Part shown: positions 24,843-37,046 of the stretch, piece by piece
Position numbering within the stretch: the first letter of the stretch is position 1
Layout: every line of letters starts with the position of its first letter
Source: Adineta vaga
Taxonomy: Eukaryota > Animalia > Rotifera
Assembly: GCA_021613535.1 (NCBI GenBank)
Contig: CP075496.1
Span: forward strand, 14,756,001 to 14,820,000
Direction: 5' to 3'
Length of the DNA: 64,000 bases
Notes under the pieces: model-generated
Database searches by the model: none
What the model was told of the DNA's origin: nothing
The model's input: only the letters and a program-made list of their open reading frames with translations
Made by a program: the position numbers and the translations under genes

Positions 24843-26077
24843 CTAACTATTGATTACTTGTGCAATTTTAGCCAGTATCGATTTTATACGAACATCTAAG
24901 TACATTGTATTGGTATCAAGTCGGTTCATAACATACGCAAAGGATAAGTTTTTCGACGGTGAAGCAAAACCAATACTACCACCAGCTCCTAAAATGAATC
25001 GAATTATGATTCAAATAGTAATTAAATATAAAGATATAAACTACCTGTATGGCCAAACGTTTCTGGTCCAAATTCTGGTAAAATATCGTCGAAAAGTGTA
25101 AAACCCAAACCAAATACTGTAGGTATTTGAAATACAGCGTCAATCTCATTTTTCGGTGTGTTTGATTTCTTTACCAGCTTTAAAATATCTTTATTCAATA
25201 TTCTTTTATATTTGCCATCATCTAAATCACCAATTAATGAGGAATAAAATCTTGCTATTGACCGAGCATTAGTAATACCATTTCCAGCTGGTATTTCTGC
25301 TCGATGTACACGAGGTTCATTAAACATGTTTATAAGACTGATAACAGATTCATTCAATGATTCTCTCGAATTCTGATTTAATTCTATTGGTGATACCCGG
25401 TGTTGATATTTGGATGGTAGACCAATATAGAATTCCGACATTATGTAATTTGAGATTTCCTCTTGAACAAATTGACCTAAAGACCTTTTTTTCGGGTCTA
25501 CACGTCTAACAAGTTCTCCTGCAAGCCATCCATAGGTTAATGCATGGTAACCATGAGTTGATCCAGGTGGCCATACTGGCGTTTGTTTCTCTAACGATGC
25601 AACCATTGCTGTCCAATTTACATATTGCTCTATAGGTAAAGAAGCGTCGGGTAATCCGGCACGATGTGACAAAATATCTGCTACAGTGGTATTTTCTTTA
25701 CCATTTTGTCCATATTCTGGCCAATAACGAGTAACTAATGCTGAATAATCAAGCAATCCGCGTTGAACAGCAACTGCAACTGCTGCAGCTACAAGACCTT
25801 TTGTTGTTGAAAAAACTAGTTGTAATGTATCATTGTTGTACAGTTTTGTTTTTGATTGATCAAACCAACCTCCATACAGTTCAAAAGCTAATTTACCTTG
25901 GTGATAAACTGCTATTGAAGCACCTAAATCTAGATCTTCTACAAAATTATTTCTGAACAAATTCCAGATAAACTCCCATCCGGTAGTAATAGTTCCATGA
26001 ATATTGTAATCGACAGTCTTATAACAAATGACCGACGAAACAAGAAAGAAAAAAATATAGACGCAATAATGCATCAC
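24843..26077 (-). CDS. Beta-lactamase-related serine hydrolase (class C / family VIII esterase), 2 exons
   Basis: SxxK 'FSTTKG', 'LSHRAGL', 'YHALTYGWL', 'FGHTG|AGGS' split by a GT-AG intron (~25045-24989); last exon 'GAGGSIGFASPSKNLSFAYVMN...'; signal peptide. Confidence 0.88.
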
Positions 26078-26370
26078 ACAACGTTTTGTAGTAGGTTATT
26101 TTCAAATTTAGATTTGCTTAAAACAGAGAAGGATTTAATACAATCGAAGTGCATAAATATCAGAATACAATGTTCGAGTGAAGATAATGTCATCCTTATA
26201 GAATATGATGTTTTCATCCCTAACATTAAATACAAGACGAGGCGGAGCTTAACGTATAAAAATGATCCGTGATTCGTTTTCTTCTATGAAAAGACCAGGA
26301 TGAAAGTAAGACAAGTTGCGCTGATAGAAATTTCAACCTTGCTATATGGTTTCATCAGAGAAGGTGTATA

Positions 26371-26433
26371 TGAGGGTAGGTGAGCGTGGGGTAGAACTAC
26401 CTAATCATATACAAGCACCCACATCCTCAAGAT
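26371..26433. repeat. Telomere-like hairpin element
   Basis: tgagggtaggtgagcgtgggg ... cacccacatcctcaagat. Confidence 0.7.
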
Positions 26434-26436
26434 TAG

Positions 26437-26619
26437 ATGTCTGTGACTATGGAAATTAAAATTAAAATATTTCTACTTCTGACTCAATTTGGGTCAGCTA
26501 CAGTTGGAAAACGAAAACTGCAAGTTGACTTCGGCAAAAATACACCAACGGAACGCGGGATTAGAACCATATTTGAAAGATTTTGTGAGACTGAAAGTGT
26601 TGAAGATCGATTAAGTTAA
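26437..26619 (+). mobile_element. Tc1/mariner transposase N-terminal HTH relic (DUF4817-like)
   Basis: 'V.RKLQVDFGKNTPT...I..IFERFCET.SVED' resembles Tc1/mariner N-termini; truncated. Confidence 0.55.
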
Positions 26620-27332
26620 TGATTATCTTGAAAGTCATCCAGCATGAAGCGTTCGTTCTGTTGCGGAAGGCTGGAATGATGAAAAGCTCATATAATTACT
26701 ATTATTTTTTATTCTTCTTTTTATTTTTCTTTCCTTCAGTATTCTGCTGAACCACATTCATATAGTACATCCCCAGAGAAGATTCTTCCCATTGAGAAAA
26801 ACACAAAAAGAAATGAATATGTTAAAGTTTATCGCTTTTCTCCTTTTTTTGATATGCGACTATCTTAAACTAAAAACTAATCTCTTAACCTTGCAGGGAA
26901 CAATAAACTGAATATTAATGTATATAAAAGAAAGTCGCATTCAATGTTCAAAGTTGTGAAGTGTTCATTCTTTAAACGATTTGCAATTACTGAATAAATG
27001 ATGTTCGTCGTTCCGACTCCCTTGAACCTCGACTGTCGATGATATTCAATTGTAGATAGACCACCCACACCCTCATCCATAGAATTATCCTTCAATTCTT
27101 GTAATTCATAATATTCCGGATGACTTCCTCGTAGAAAAATGAATAATTATTCAGTCTTCATTATTTTGATCAATATATGATTGTTTGCAGTCGTATCACA
27201 AGCGTAAAGATCATCACCGATACGTCAAGATTCGGTATATGTTCCAAAACCGATTGATCTAAAGCTTCCAGCTGTTCCAACATCATCGTCAACCGAAATA
27301 CAAAGTTGTCATCCAACGGCCATCGGACAGTT

Positions 27333-27394
27333 ATCTTGAGGATGAGGATAAATGAGAACATTGCCATGATCACACACATCCACACCCATCTTCA
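27333..27394. repeat. Telomere-like hairpin element
   Basis: atcttgaggatgaggat ... cacatccacacccatcttca. Confidence 0.6.
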
Positions 27395-27696
27395 GCGCTT
27401 TCGTATTCTAAGAGTATTATTAATCATAAAGAATAAGTCGAAGAAGACATATTCTTGACGAGAATAAAGTGAAGTGTAGACAGACACATGTGATTATTTG
27501 TTAGTTTTTCTTTCCTCTTCTACACATATATCAGGGTAACATGAGCGAGCTATACGATGAAAGGAAAAATAATTACCATATAAACATTCGATTTTTTTTC
27601 TTCGTGTATTGCTGCACCAGTTCGATTACATAGACGTACTTTTTTCTTTCTGAAAAAAATACTAATATATACATCATTTCTATAGAATCAATAACG

Positions 27697-28226
27697 ATGA
27701 CAACACAACAAACAAATAACGATGTCTATCTTCAACAAATATTTGATAAGATTGATAAAGGTTTATTTTTCTCATTTAATTTCTTATAAAGTTGATCTTC
27801 AATTTTTATTATATTTATTTAGACAAGACGAATAAAATATCAACAGATGAATTTCGAAAATTTGTTCTTGTCGATGAATTTTTAAAAAATTTTCGTTCAA
27901 CAACAATTGATAATTATCTTGATCAATTAAGTAATAATACAGGATGGATAACATTCGAACAATTTAAACAATTTATGCAAGAAAAAACAGGTGTGTACAA
28001 GAATCCTCTAGTTATTATGGAACTCAAACAAATTTTCCATGAAGTCGATACTAATAAAAATGGTTTTATATCACCAGAAGAAGCACGACAAGGTATTACA
28101 TTAGCACAACAATTTATATCTGGATCCACTTTTCAACAGCTGATAAAAACATTTGATGATAATCAAGATGGACAAATATCACTTGAAGAGTTTTTAAATC
28201 ATGTACAGAAAGTAGTTCAAGAATAA
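27697..28226 (+). CDS. EF-hand calcium-binding (calmodulin-like) protein, 2 exons (27697-27760, 27823-28226)
   Basis: EF loops 'DKDKTNKISTDE', 'DTNKNGFISPEE', 'DDNQDGQISLEE'; GT-AG intron joins them in frame. Confidence 0.85.
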
Positions 28227-28466
28227 AGAAAGAGGACTAAAAAATGTCTCTTTTGAATTGTGACTTTAACTCTTCTATTTTATCATTTTGAGTATTAGAA
28301 TTTTATTTTTAGTGAAACTAAATCGTTTATGCCTTTCATATTATAGGATATTCCATTTAGTTTGTCTTTATTTTCTATGTTAGATAAATGATAATACAAT
28401 ACTTTAGGCTATATTAAAAATATATTAATCCTCTTATAAGAATTATTATAGGGTCTATAATGGTCG

Positions 28467-28516
28467 TTGAGGGTGAAGATGTCGTTATTCTCTTCATCCA
28501 TCCTCACTCACAAGAT
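28467..28516. repeat. Telomere-like hairpin element
   Basis: ttgagggtgaaga ... tcttcatccatcctcactcacaagat. Confidence 0.65.
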
Positions 28517-28596
28517 TGATTATACTAGATTTAGATTTCATTGAAAGAATATTAAAGAAATTGAATTTATTAGAAAATAAAAAAGAATCGAACTTC

Positions 28597-29905
28597 TCAA
28601 TTGTTGGTCGGTTTTCCATCGCCTTTGATTATTAACTCCGGTGGCGCACGTTGTTGCCATTCAGTAAATGCACCCTAATATAAAAGATAATATTTCTAGT
28701 TTCTATATCACATTATAATTTCTGATAATCAAATTACTCAAGATAAACAATTTTTAATAAATTATTTTCTTTCTTACCATATAGACAGATGGTTCTTTTT
28801 GACCAAGTAAATCAGCAACAAAAGCTAATGTACTAGCTGTGATTCCACCTTGACATGTATATATCGTTGGTTTTGATAGATCAACACCAGCTTTGTTAAA
28901 TACTTAAATAAATAAATAAATAATTTAATTAAAAATATTCCTAATATCAATAATTTACTTTCTTCTAATTGATCTTTGGATTTCAAATATTGATTTGCTT
29001 GATCAAATAAAGATCCGTAAGGTAAATTGATGGCATTGGGCATGTGTCCAGCATCAGCACCTCAAAAGGATTGAATAAGAAAATCTATTTTTTGGATAAA
29101 TAATTTCGATATACCATAAAATAGATTAGGTGGTCGTGCATCAAATACTTTTAAACGTTCAATATTATCTTTATCTAAAGATATATTTGATACCATTTGA
29201 TCAAAATTTCGTACCATTTTTTCGTTTAACTTTACAGTAAATCTTTTCGTCTAAATAATGAAATAGTTTATTAAACATTTCTTTAATTATTATATTTTAC
29301 TTCTTCTTCTTCTTTCGAATCATTAGATTCATCTTTTTCTATTTCATTAATTTCTCTTTTCCATGCATTAAATCCACCATCGAGTATCGATAATTTATCA
29401 ACACCATATGTCTAAAAATGATGCGATTTCAATCTTTTTTTGTTTAAATTGCTCATAGTTACCTTGAACAAAAACCAAGCACGACTGGCAGCAAAGAAAC
29501 CTGATGGTGATCGATCATAGAGAACAATATGATGTTCATTTGAAATTCCTAAACGTGTTAAATAATCTTCAAAAGATTTCACATCAGGTAAACCACGTGG
29601 AATAAATGCTGTTGGTGTTGTATATTCAAGTTGATCAAAATATCGAGCTTTGGGTATATGACCTCTAAATAGATCATTGAATTATTATTATTATTACAAA
29701 TATATGAATAGGGCTACACAATTTCAATGAACAATTTACTAAAACTGATTTAAAAACAAGTAGATGATATTTACGCTTTAAAATCGGCTTCAACTTGTTT
29801 GCTAATATCTGCTTCGAGTACTGCAATCTGTTTTGAGGATGATTGTAGTAAATCTTTTAATTGTCGACATGAAAGTAATGCTGGTATTATCTCTGTTGAT
29901 GTCAT
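28597..29905 (-). CDS. Tandem-rhodanese sulfurtransferase (MPST/TST-like), multi-exon
   Basis: Hand-translated exons: 'HIPKARYFD', 'LGISNEHHIVLYD', 'ASRAWFLFK', 'ILDGGFNAW', 'FDARP', 'GHMPNAINLPY', active-site 'TCQGGITAS', 'GAFTEW'. Confidence 0.85.
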
Positions 29906-30479
29906 CTAGAAAACACAAACTGATCAATCGGGTATGTTTTTATATTCAATTATATCAGCTAGTTAATATAACTGAATCGAAAGACTATTAACTGTGAAGT
30001 TCTTCGAATTCAGCATGGCTTTGGCTTAAATCTGATGAGCTCTATTAATGACTGAACTTCATGATTAAAAAAAACAGTTTTTAGAGTAACTGTATATTTA
30101 ACAGCAAGATATATAATGTCCTTGTATACATGAATGCATACGCACTATATCATAATAATATAATATAAGTTGTACTGAATTGGATAGGCATTTTTAATGT
30201 GTACACCTACTACTCAGATTTGCGCTCATTCGTTCGATCAATATTTTTTGCCAAATCAATGCTTTTTGTGTAGAAAAAAAACACGTGTATCATAAGTAGT
30301 GTACGTTGCTTCTTTTTCTTTTTCTTTTGCAAGCAAAAAAGTTTCTTTCGTTCTATGATAAATATTACATGAGAAAAAAAGCGAGAATAGAAATAAGCAA
30401 TCTGTCTCAAGAATGAGAGTAACGAATATTACAAGAGAATGTTTCTATTGGTAGTACATAAAACGGGAGAAAAGAAAAC

Positions 30480-30525
30480 CATCTTGAGGGTGTGGGTATT
30501 CGTCTAATGGACACCCACACCCTCA
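30480..30525. repeat. Telomere-like hairpin element, spacer type A
   Basis: catct + perfect 13-bp stem tgagggtgtgggt / acccacaccctca. Confidence 0.85.
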
Positions 30526-31057
30526 TTTTCTTTCAATCTTTATTCATTGTCTATTTAATAGATTATACACATTGGAGACTTCCCTATAGTATTTGTTGTG
30601 TTCTCTTCTTCATTCTTTTATATGAATCTTCTAAATGAGAATGTGTCGATCTTTCTTTCTTCTTCTATGGTGACATCATTCGATAGAGAATTGAATTCTG
30701 ACTTCAACACAACTATTCCTGATCGGATATAGTCATTCAAAATGTATTGATTTCTTTTAAATTAATCAAAGTTTTATTTCAAAAGAAAAAAAAGGGATTT
30801 ATTAATTGAAAAATACACAATTTCGATGATGAATAAAAAGTTTGAAAATTAATTTTTAGAATTGATTTTTGATGATAATATACGAGAATTCATCTTATTG
30901 TTAATCTATACAAAAAACACAATAATTTCTATTACTTAATCATAATAAATAATAATAAATTTCTTACTGATTTTACTTTTGAAAAATAAAGACGATTATT
31001 TCTAAAAATATGACAAAGAAAATGATCGAATCAATTTAACAAATTGACGATTTATTC

Positions 31058-34000
31058 TTACTTTTTAATTCGTTTATTTATACAAATACCTATTATAATT
31101 ATAATAATTAAAAGAGCAAAACCACCAAGTATACCAGTAATAATTGGAATAAATGAATTTGAATTCTAAAATTTCAAATAACAAAAAAATCAATTATAAT
31201 ATTTTCAATTATTATATCGTTGAACTTTCTTCAATTGACGGGCACTAAATTACAAAAAGAAGTAAAACATATAAATATGATCAATATGAAAATTACTTTA
31301 ACACCTTGAGTTAGTAAATCAAATTGAATACAAACATCACTTATATTAATTCCTTTCTTTGTTGAAAATCCAATTGGTTGATTACCTGTTCCAATATAGC
31401 CAAAACAATTTTAAAACTAACATTAAAACCAATTCGATTAATTCGAATTAAATATCCATTATTAATAAAACGAATACCTTGAGATTCATATAACCAACCT
31501 TTATACCAACTTCCATTTTTTCCATTAATTACAAATGTTGGTAAATTATTTTCATATCCTAATATAATATTATTAATTTCATTTGGTATTGTACTCAATT
31601 GCCAATCAAAATTATGTGAAATATTATCATAGAATTGATCATATATACCAAGAATTGTTTCAGTTTGATTTCTTACAATCATATCAACAAACATTTCTCT
31701 TTGTGCTAATTGTATTCGAAAATTTCCACTCGAATCAACCGAGACATAACCACCACCTTGATTGTTAAATGCAAATGCATTTTTTCCATAACCACCATTT
31801 TTTATTGGAAAATCTGTTTTTCCATCAATAATAGGTGTACTAAATAAACTAGTATTAGTCATACTTTTTGATGGCATTCGTATCCAAATTGTATCATGAC
31901 TAATGATTGAAAAACCAAAACCTTGATGTTGTGACCAACCTGAACGTTTTCGATGAGAATTTTCTAATGCAATTAAAATATCATTTCTATCTTGATAACG
32001 ATTACGAAATGCATAAAATCCATCTCGATTATCAATTAACAGTGATGTTGATTGTGGATATATTATTGATGGATTTTGTGATGAAATCAAATATGGATAA
32101 TATATTATTGACCATATTCGATTATTTAAATCATAATCTTTCATAAGTGAATTTTTACCAACAACATGATCATATAACCATTTGAAAGCTGCATTCATTC
32201 GAGTATCATTTTTGTGTTCAAGTAAAAATGGTAAAAGACCAGCACAGTAAAATTGATAAGGTCCAACACCAAATTGTAATGAACTTGCATCACTTCTTAA
32301 TGAATATGTATGTAATGCAAAATTTGACCAATCTTTCGCAGACCATGCTTCGTAAAGAAGAGATATTCCAACGTCTTTTGTATGATAAATTGCTGTATAA
32401 GTTATATAACCCATACCTTCTTGCATATATCCAGATGAACCATACGAATGATCAATATGTAATTTAATTTCATTTAAAAGAAATAATATTCGTCGTTCAA
32501 CTTGGTCATTTGGATAATCATCTTCATTATAAGCATTCAGATGTAACATTGATTCAGCAGATTTAAGAATTGCTACCCAATTACTTGCTTTATCATCATT
32601 ATCAATTGAATGATCGTCTAAATAAAAAAGAGGATGTGAGTATGGGGTGAGGACTAGCTACTCATCTACATTCACAGACTGTTTTCTGAAAATGAATCTT
32701 ACCTTGATAATTACTAAAAATCATAGCAGCATATTGAAAATCTTTGATTAATTCATGTCGTTGTTGTGTAGTGAAACCATGATAAGCCCAATCGAAAGCA
32801 AGTAATCTTGCAACTGTTTTTGTACCGAAATCTAGTTTATTTGAATCATGAGAAGATATTGTATAATTCAGTTTTCCTTTCATTAATGATGAATAAGATA
32901 TATTAAGAAATGTTTGATTCCCTGTAATAGCATAAATAAATGCAGCATTACGTGCATGTCGAGCATACGAATCTGAATCAGTCCAAGGATATGTTAAAGT
33001 TTCTCGTATAAGTTGATCAAGTATAGATTTTGCTTGTGTTTGATTTTGTATTTGTTGTCGAAGTAAATCGAGACGTTCTTGTTTTAAACTAAGTTGAAAA
33101 TGTGTTAAATTAATAAGTTTACTTGTAGCAATATCATTTCCATCATCAGATATTAAGAGATAAGGACCGGTGAACGATAATGATACAATTGCTTTCATAT
33201 TTACAATTGGATAAGTACCAATTAATTGAGCATTATTACTACGAATATTTAAAATTTGATTAATACCATTATAAATTGTAACATTTGTTGCTTTACTTGT
33301 TGATTGAAGTTTCCAACTAAGATGAATATCATTTGTTCTTTTCAATGCAATTAAAATAGAAACATTTTGATAATTATTCAATAAAATTGCTTGACCAATT
33401 TGCAAATTTGTTTTATCTAAAATTGTTCCATTATCACCAAAAGCTAATACTTGATATGTATAAACTTTATTAAGACAAACAGCATTATCAATATAGTTTG
33501 ATTCATATACATTAAAACCATAATTTAATTGAGATGGAAAGGAAACAAAAAAATTCGACGAATTTAATGTTGATACAATTCCTTCACTACGATAAATTGT
33601 ATAATTTGATATATTTAATCCATTAGTTGTAAAATTCCATTTTAATTGAAGAACTCCATCAATTGTTGGTTTAACAATAAATGTTGGTGGAAGTTTTGGA
33701 ATATCAATTTGTTCAACTGAAACATTCGTAAGAAAAATTGTTCCATAAGAGTTATAAAGATATGTATGAAATTTAATATATGATGCACCAATTGGAATTG
33801 AAATGAGAATTTCTTCATAAATCCATATCATATTACCACTGAGAGAAAATCTATAATAATCACGTATCATATGATTTGTTGTATTATGAAATGATATCCT
33901 TGTACCAGCAGAACTATAAATCATTGATCCTTTACGCCACATTGATAAAATAAGAAACGTTTTGTTTGAATTTTGTTCTAATGAAATAAATTGGTAGAAA

Positions 34001-34266
34001 CCACTAGATATATTGTAACCTAATGCAGAGATTTGAACTATATTAAAACCTAAATATGCATTTGGTATAACGATAACTGTTGTATTTCCAGATGATTTTG
34101 ATATTGTCCAATTTGTTGGTGTTCCTCCTGATTCAATTTGACTAAAATTTCCATTGATAAGAAGATTTCCTGTTGATAATCCATTTACATTTACAATCTT
34201 TTCAATAATAATCAATAGAAATATGTTTATTAAATAATAATAAAGATTATTATGAATTTTAAACAT
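31058..34266 (-). CDS. Type-I membrane protein with CBM-like/FN3-like N-terminus and heparinase II/III / alginate-lyase-like module; apparent frameshift near 31397
   Basis: Signal peptide; 'NLLINGNF' CBM-like start; helical region 'ARNAAFIYAITGN...LAFDWAY...SNW...EGMGY'; intron 32702-32618 joins ORFs 32662-34344 and 31341-32549 in frame; terminal TM exon 'IIPIITGILGGFALLIIIIIGICINKRIKK*'-like. Confidence 0.6.
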
Positions 34267-35669
34267 AATATCTCTATAAATTCTATAATAAAAAAATTTA
34301 TTCAAATTGTATTCAATAGATATTAACAAAACAAGATCGAACAATAATTATCATAGGATGTGTCGTTTGTCTAGGAAAGAAAACAAGAAAATAAATTCTC
34401 TTCTATGCACTATCTGATCGACTTTTTGTGTCTTGTATGAAGCCATAAATAGTTATTAATTTTTTCAGTCAATAAGATCATTGATAATGTAATACATTAA
34501 TCAAATGTTTGGGAAAGTTATTTACGGAAAAAATCCTATCTATATCTCTTTATACTATATTAGACTTGATTTGATGGATGTTCAGTATTTCTCTTCAATT
34601 ATCTCAAGAAATCTAGATAGACGGAACTCATGGGATTTTTCAGTTTTTTAGTGAGTAACATAGAAGATTGATTAAAAGTAAAAAACATTATTGTATAACC
34701 GGGTATTTAGAATAATTCGTTTATATACATGATTTTACCTTAGTTTTGATCGTTGTTTGAATATTCGAAAATCAGGTTTTTTTTAAATGAATACTTTGAA
34801 ATAATGTTACATATTTCATCGTATTTATACTTTCAACATCCGATCGACCTGGTTCTGTATAGGTATATTGTTGAGAAAAAAGTATAAACAAAGAAGCTTT
34901 TAAAAATAAATATTTTTAGTAAAAAAGAAGAGAATAGAAGAAAAGGTACTGATGTTAACCTGCTGAAAAATATTTCAGATGTAATTTTAAAACGTAATTA
35001 AAGGGATTTTATGTTTGATGACGCAGAAAAACAAATTCACTAGAACAAATATGTGATTAACTGGTAAAGAACCAGTTAGAAATGTACCTGATTATTTATC
35101 TATGCAGAAGAAAAAAAGTATTGTTCTATTCTTTCTTATGTTATGTGATTGATCAAAACAAAAATTGAATTTAATGTAAACAATCATTGTATCCAATAGC
35201 AAGAAGAAAAGCATTGAAAATATTTTCAATCGAACAATATTTTTTATTCAACTAACCTAACAATACTTATATTAATGGCATACAATCATCTATTTGAAGT
35301 TCTTTCCTAAACTTTTAACAAAACGAGATGAGTATATTTGATAATATAGATTATAATATATTGCTCATACTCCAGATATCAATCGCCCATAGAAATGAAC
35401 ATCTTAATGTTTGAAAATTTTGTTATTTGATATGAAAGAATTTAGAATAAAATCAGTTAGTTCTGTGATATTTTTCTAACTTCATTGGAAATTAGTGGTT
35501 TTTTTCTTCTACAAATCGATGAAATACTGTCTTAGAAACCATCACTTCATTCTACTAATCGCCCACACATGTATTTCTTTTCTTTTTTCTTCTTTCTTCA
35601 TACATTTAACAGACGCTCAATGAATCATTCACATCGCGCCATAATCTCGAAAATGTTTACCTTATTTTT

Positions 35670-36200
35670 GTATACTAAAAACGTGAGTGCACTGTTGAGT
35701 CAGTCAGTGTATCTGTCCGTCTATGTACCTACATGATAACTCCTGAAAGACTGATTCAATTCTTAAGAAATTTTGTCTATAGCATTATCTCATTCATATC
35801 TTGCTCGAATTTGATGATGAGCTGAGTTGATTGTATCATTGCTGATTGACAAGAAAAGTTTTCATATGTTCCATTCATCTATTCATATATATAAAAAAGA
35901 AAGTTTGTTTGTCTGTCTGTCCACTTTGCATTCAGTCCCTGTAATAGCTAAGGTCACCAAACTTTCAATGGCCCTTCCCTATAAGTACAGGGGAAGGACA
36001 TAGGGGTGGAGTGAGGGGTCGTGGGTGAATTTTCACCCACGTGGTTATGCAATAGCCAAGGTCACCAGACTGTCTATGACAATTCCGTATGTACAGGGAA
36101 AAGTCGAGAGGGTGTGAGAGACGGAAGGTGATTGAAATTTAATTCAATTTAGAGCAGCTCATCTAATCGATCTTTAGAGTATTCATCTATTACTAAACTT
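35670..36200 (+). mobile_element. Helitron/Helentron-type non-autonomous repeat fragments (tentative)
   Basis: 'tctattcatatatataaaaaagaaagtttgtttgtctgtctgtcc' and 'gtatctgtccgtctatgt' microsatellite-like cores; ~55-bp direct repeat (35941/36049); GC hairpin 36020-36041. Confidence 0.4.
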
Positions 36201-36366
36201 TTACCCTAACCTGGCTGTGTTACACGAAAGTGAGGGCGATTCAGAACTTCTGAATTAGAATTAAGATACTCATCACCACACAATAATCGTTGAACTATAG
36301 TGTTTTATTGTGAACGCGTGTGTATTGGCGATTGATGAAACTTTAATCCGAAGTTTAAGGCTTTTT

Positions 36367-36423
36367 TGGGTGGGTGTAGATCTGAATATGGAAAAGAAAA
36401 GTATTGTCGACACCCACCACTCT
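36367..36423. repeat. Telomere-like hairpin element
   Basis: ggtgggtgt / acacccacc 9-bp stem. Confidence 0.55.
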
Positions 36424-37046
36424 AATTTATTTGAAAAGTATTTACAGCTTAAAATTTGACTCTCATTTTAAACGTTTAAACTTGAAATGTACCATAAAAT
36501 ATAAAGTGCATATTGCTTTCATTGAGAATTTAATTTTTAAAGCAAAGTGAAAGTAAGATTCCTTGTTTCAAATCGATTATTTTCACTTTTTGAAGTACAC
36601 ACAATATTTGGATTCCCATTCGAGTTTTCCTCATTTATTATTTAAACTTTTGTCAATAAAAAGTCCAGAATTTTTGGCAGTTTCAAAAATTTTTATCTGC
36701 TGAGAATGCTGAGGTATAAAAGAAACAACTTTGGACATTTGGTGAAATTCGTACTGCCCGATTAGCAGTTCATGTTTTTGCCATTCAAACAAACACTATA
36801 TCTTATCATACAGTCGCTCTCTCTAGTTTTCATCGGAAGAGAACTCGTCGTCTGAATGAAATCTGATGAGAATTTGTTTTATTACGCGAGAAAAAGACAC
36901 TCCATAAGACTTTTTTTAGTTCTACTAGGAAGAAAAGGAAAGAAAAAGACAAAAACGCAGTAGAATTTCTTTTTTTTTTCAAACACTGGAGATGGTTACT
37001 GAAAGAAAATGTTGTATGTGAAATAATTTGTTGACCAAACGATAAG

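Noticed and set aside
26877-27385. Short minus-strand ORFs (72 and 71 aa)
   Set aside because: No recognisable motifs; their starts overlap hairpin elements.
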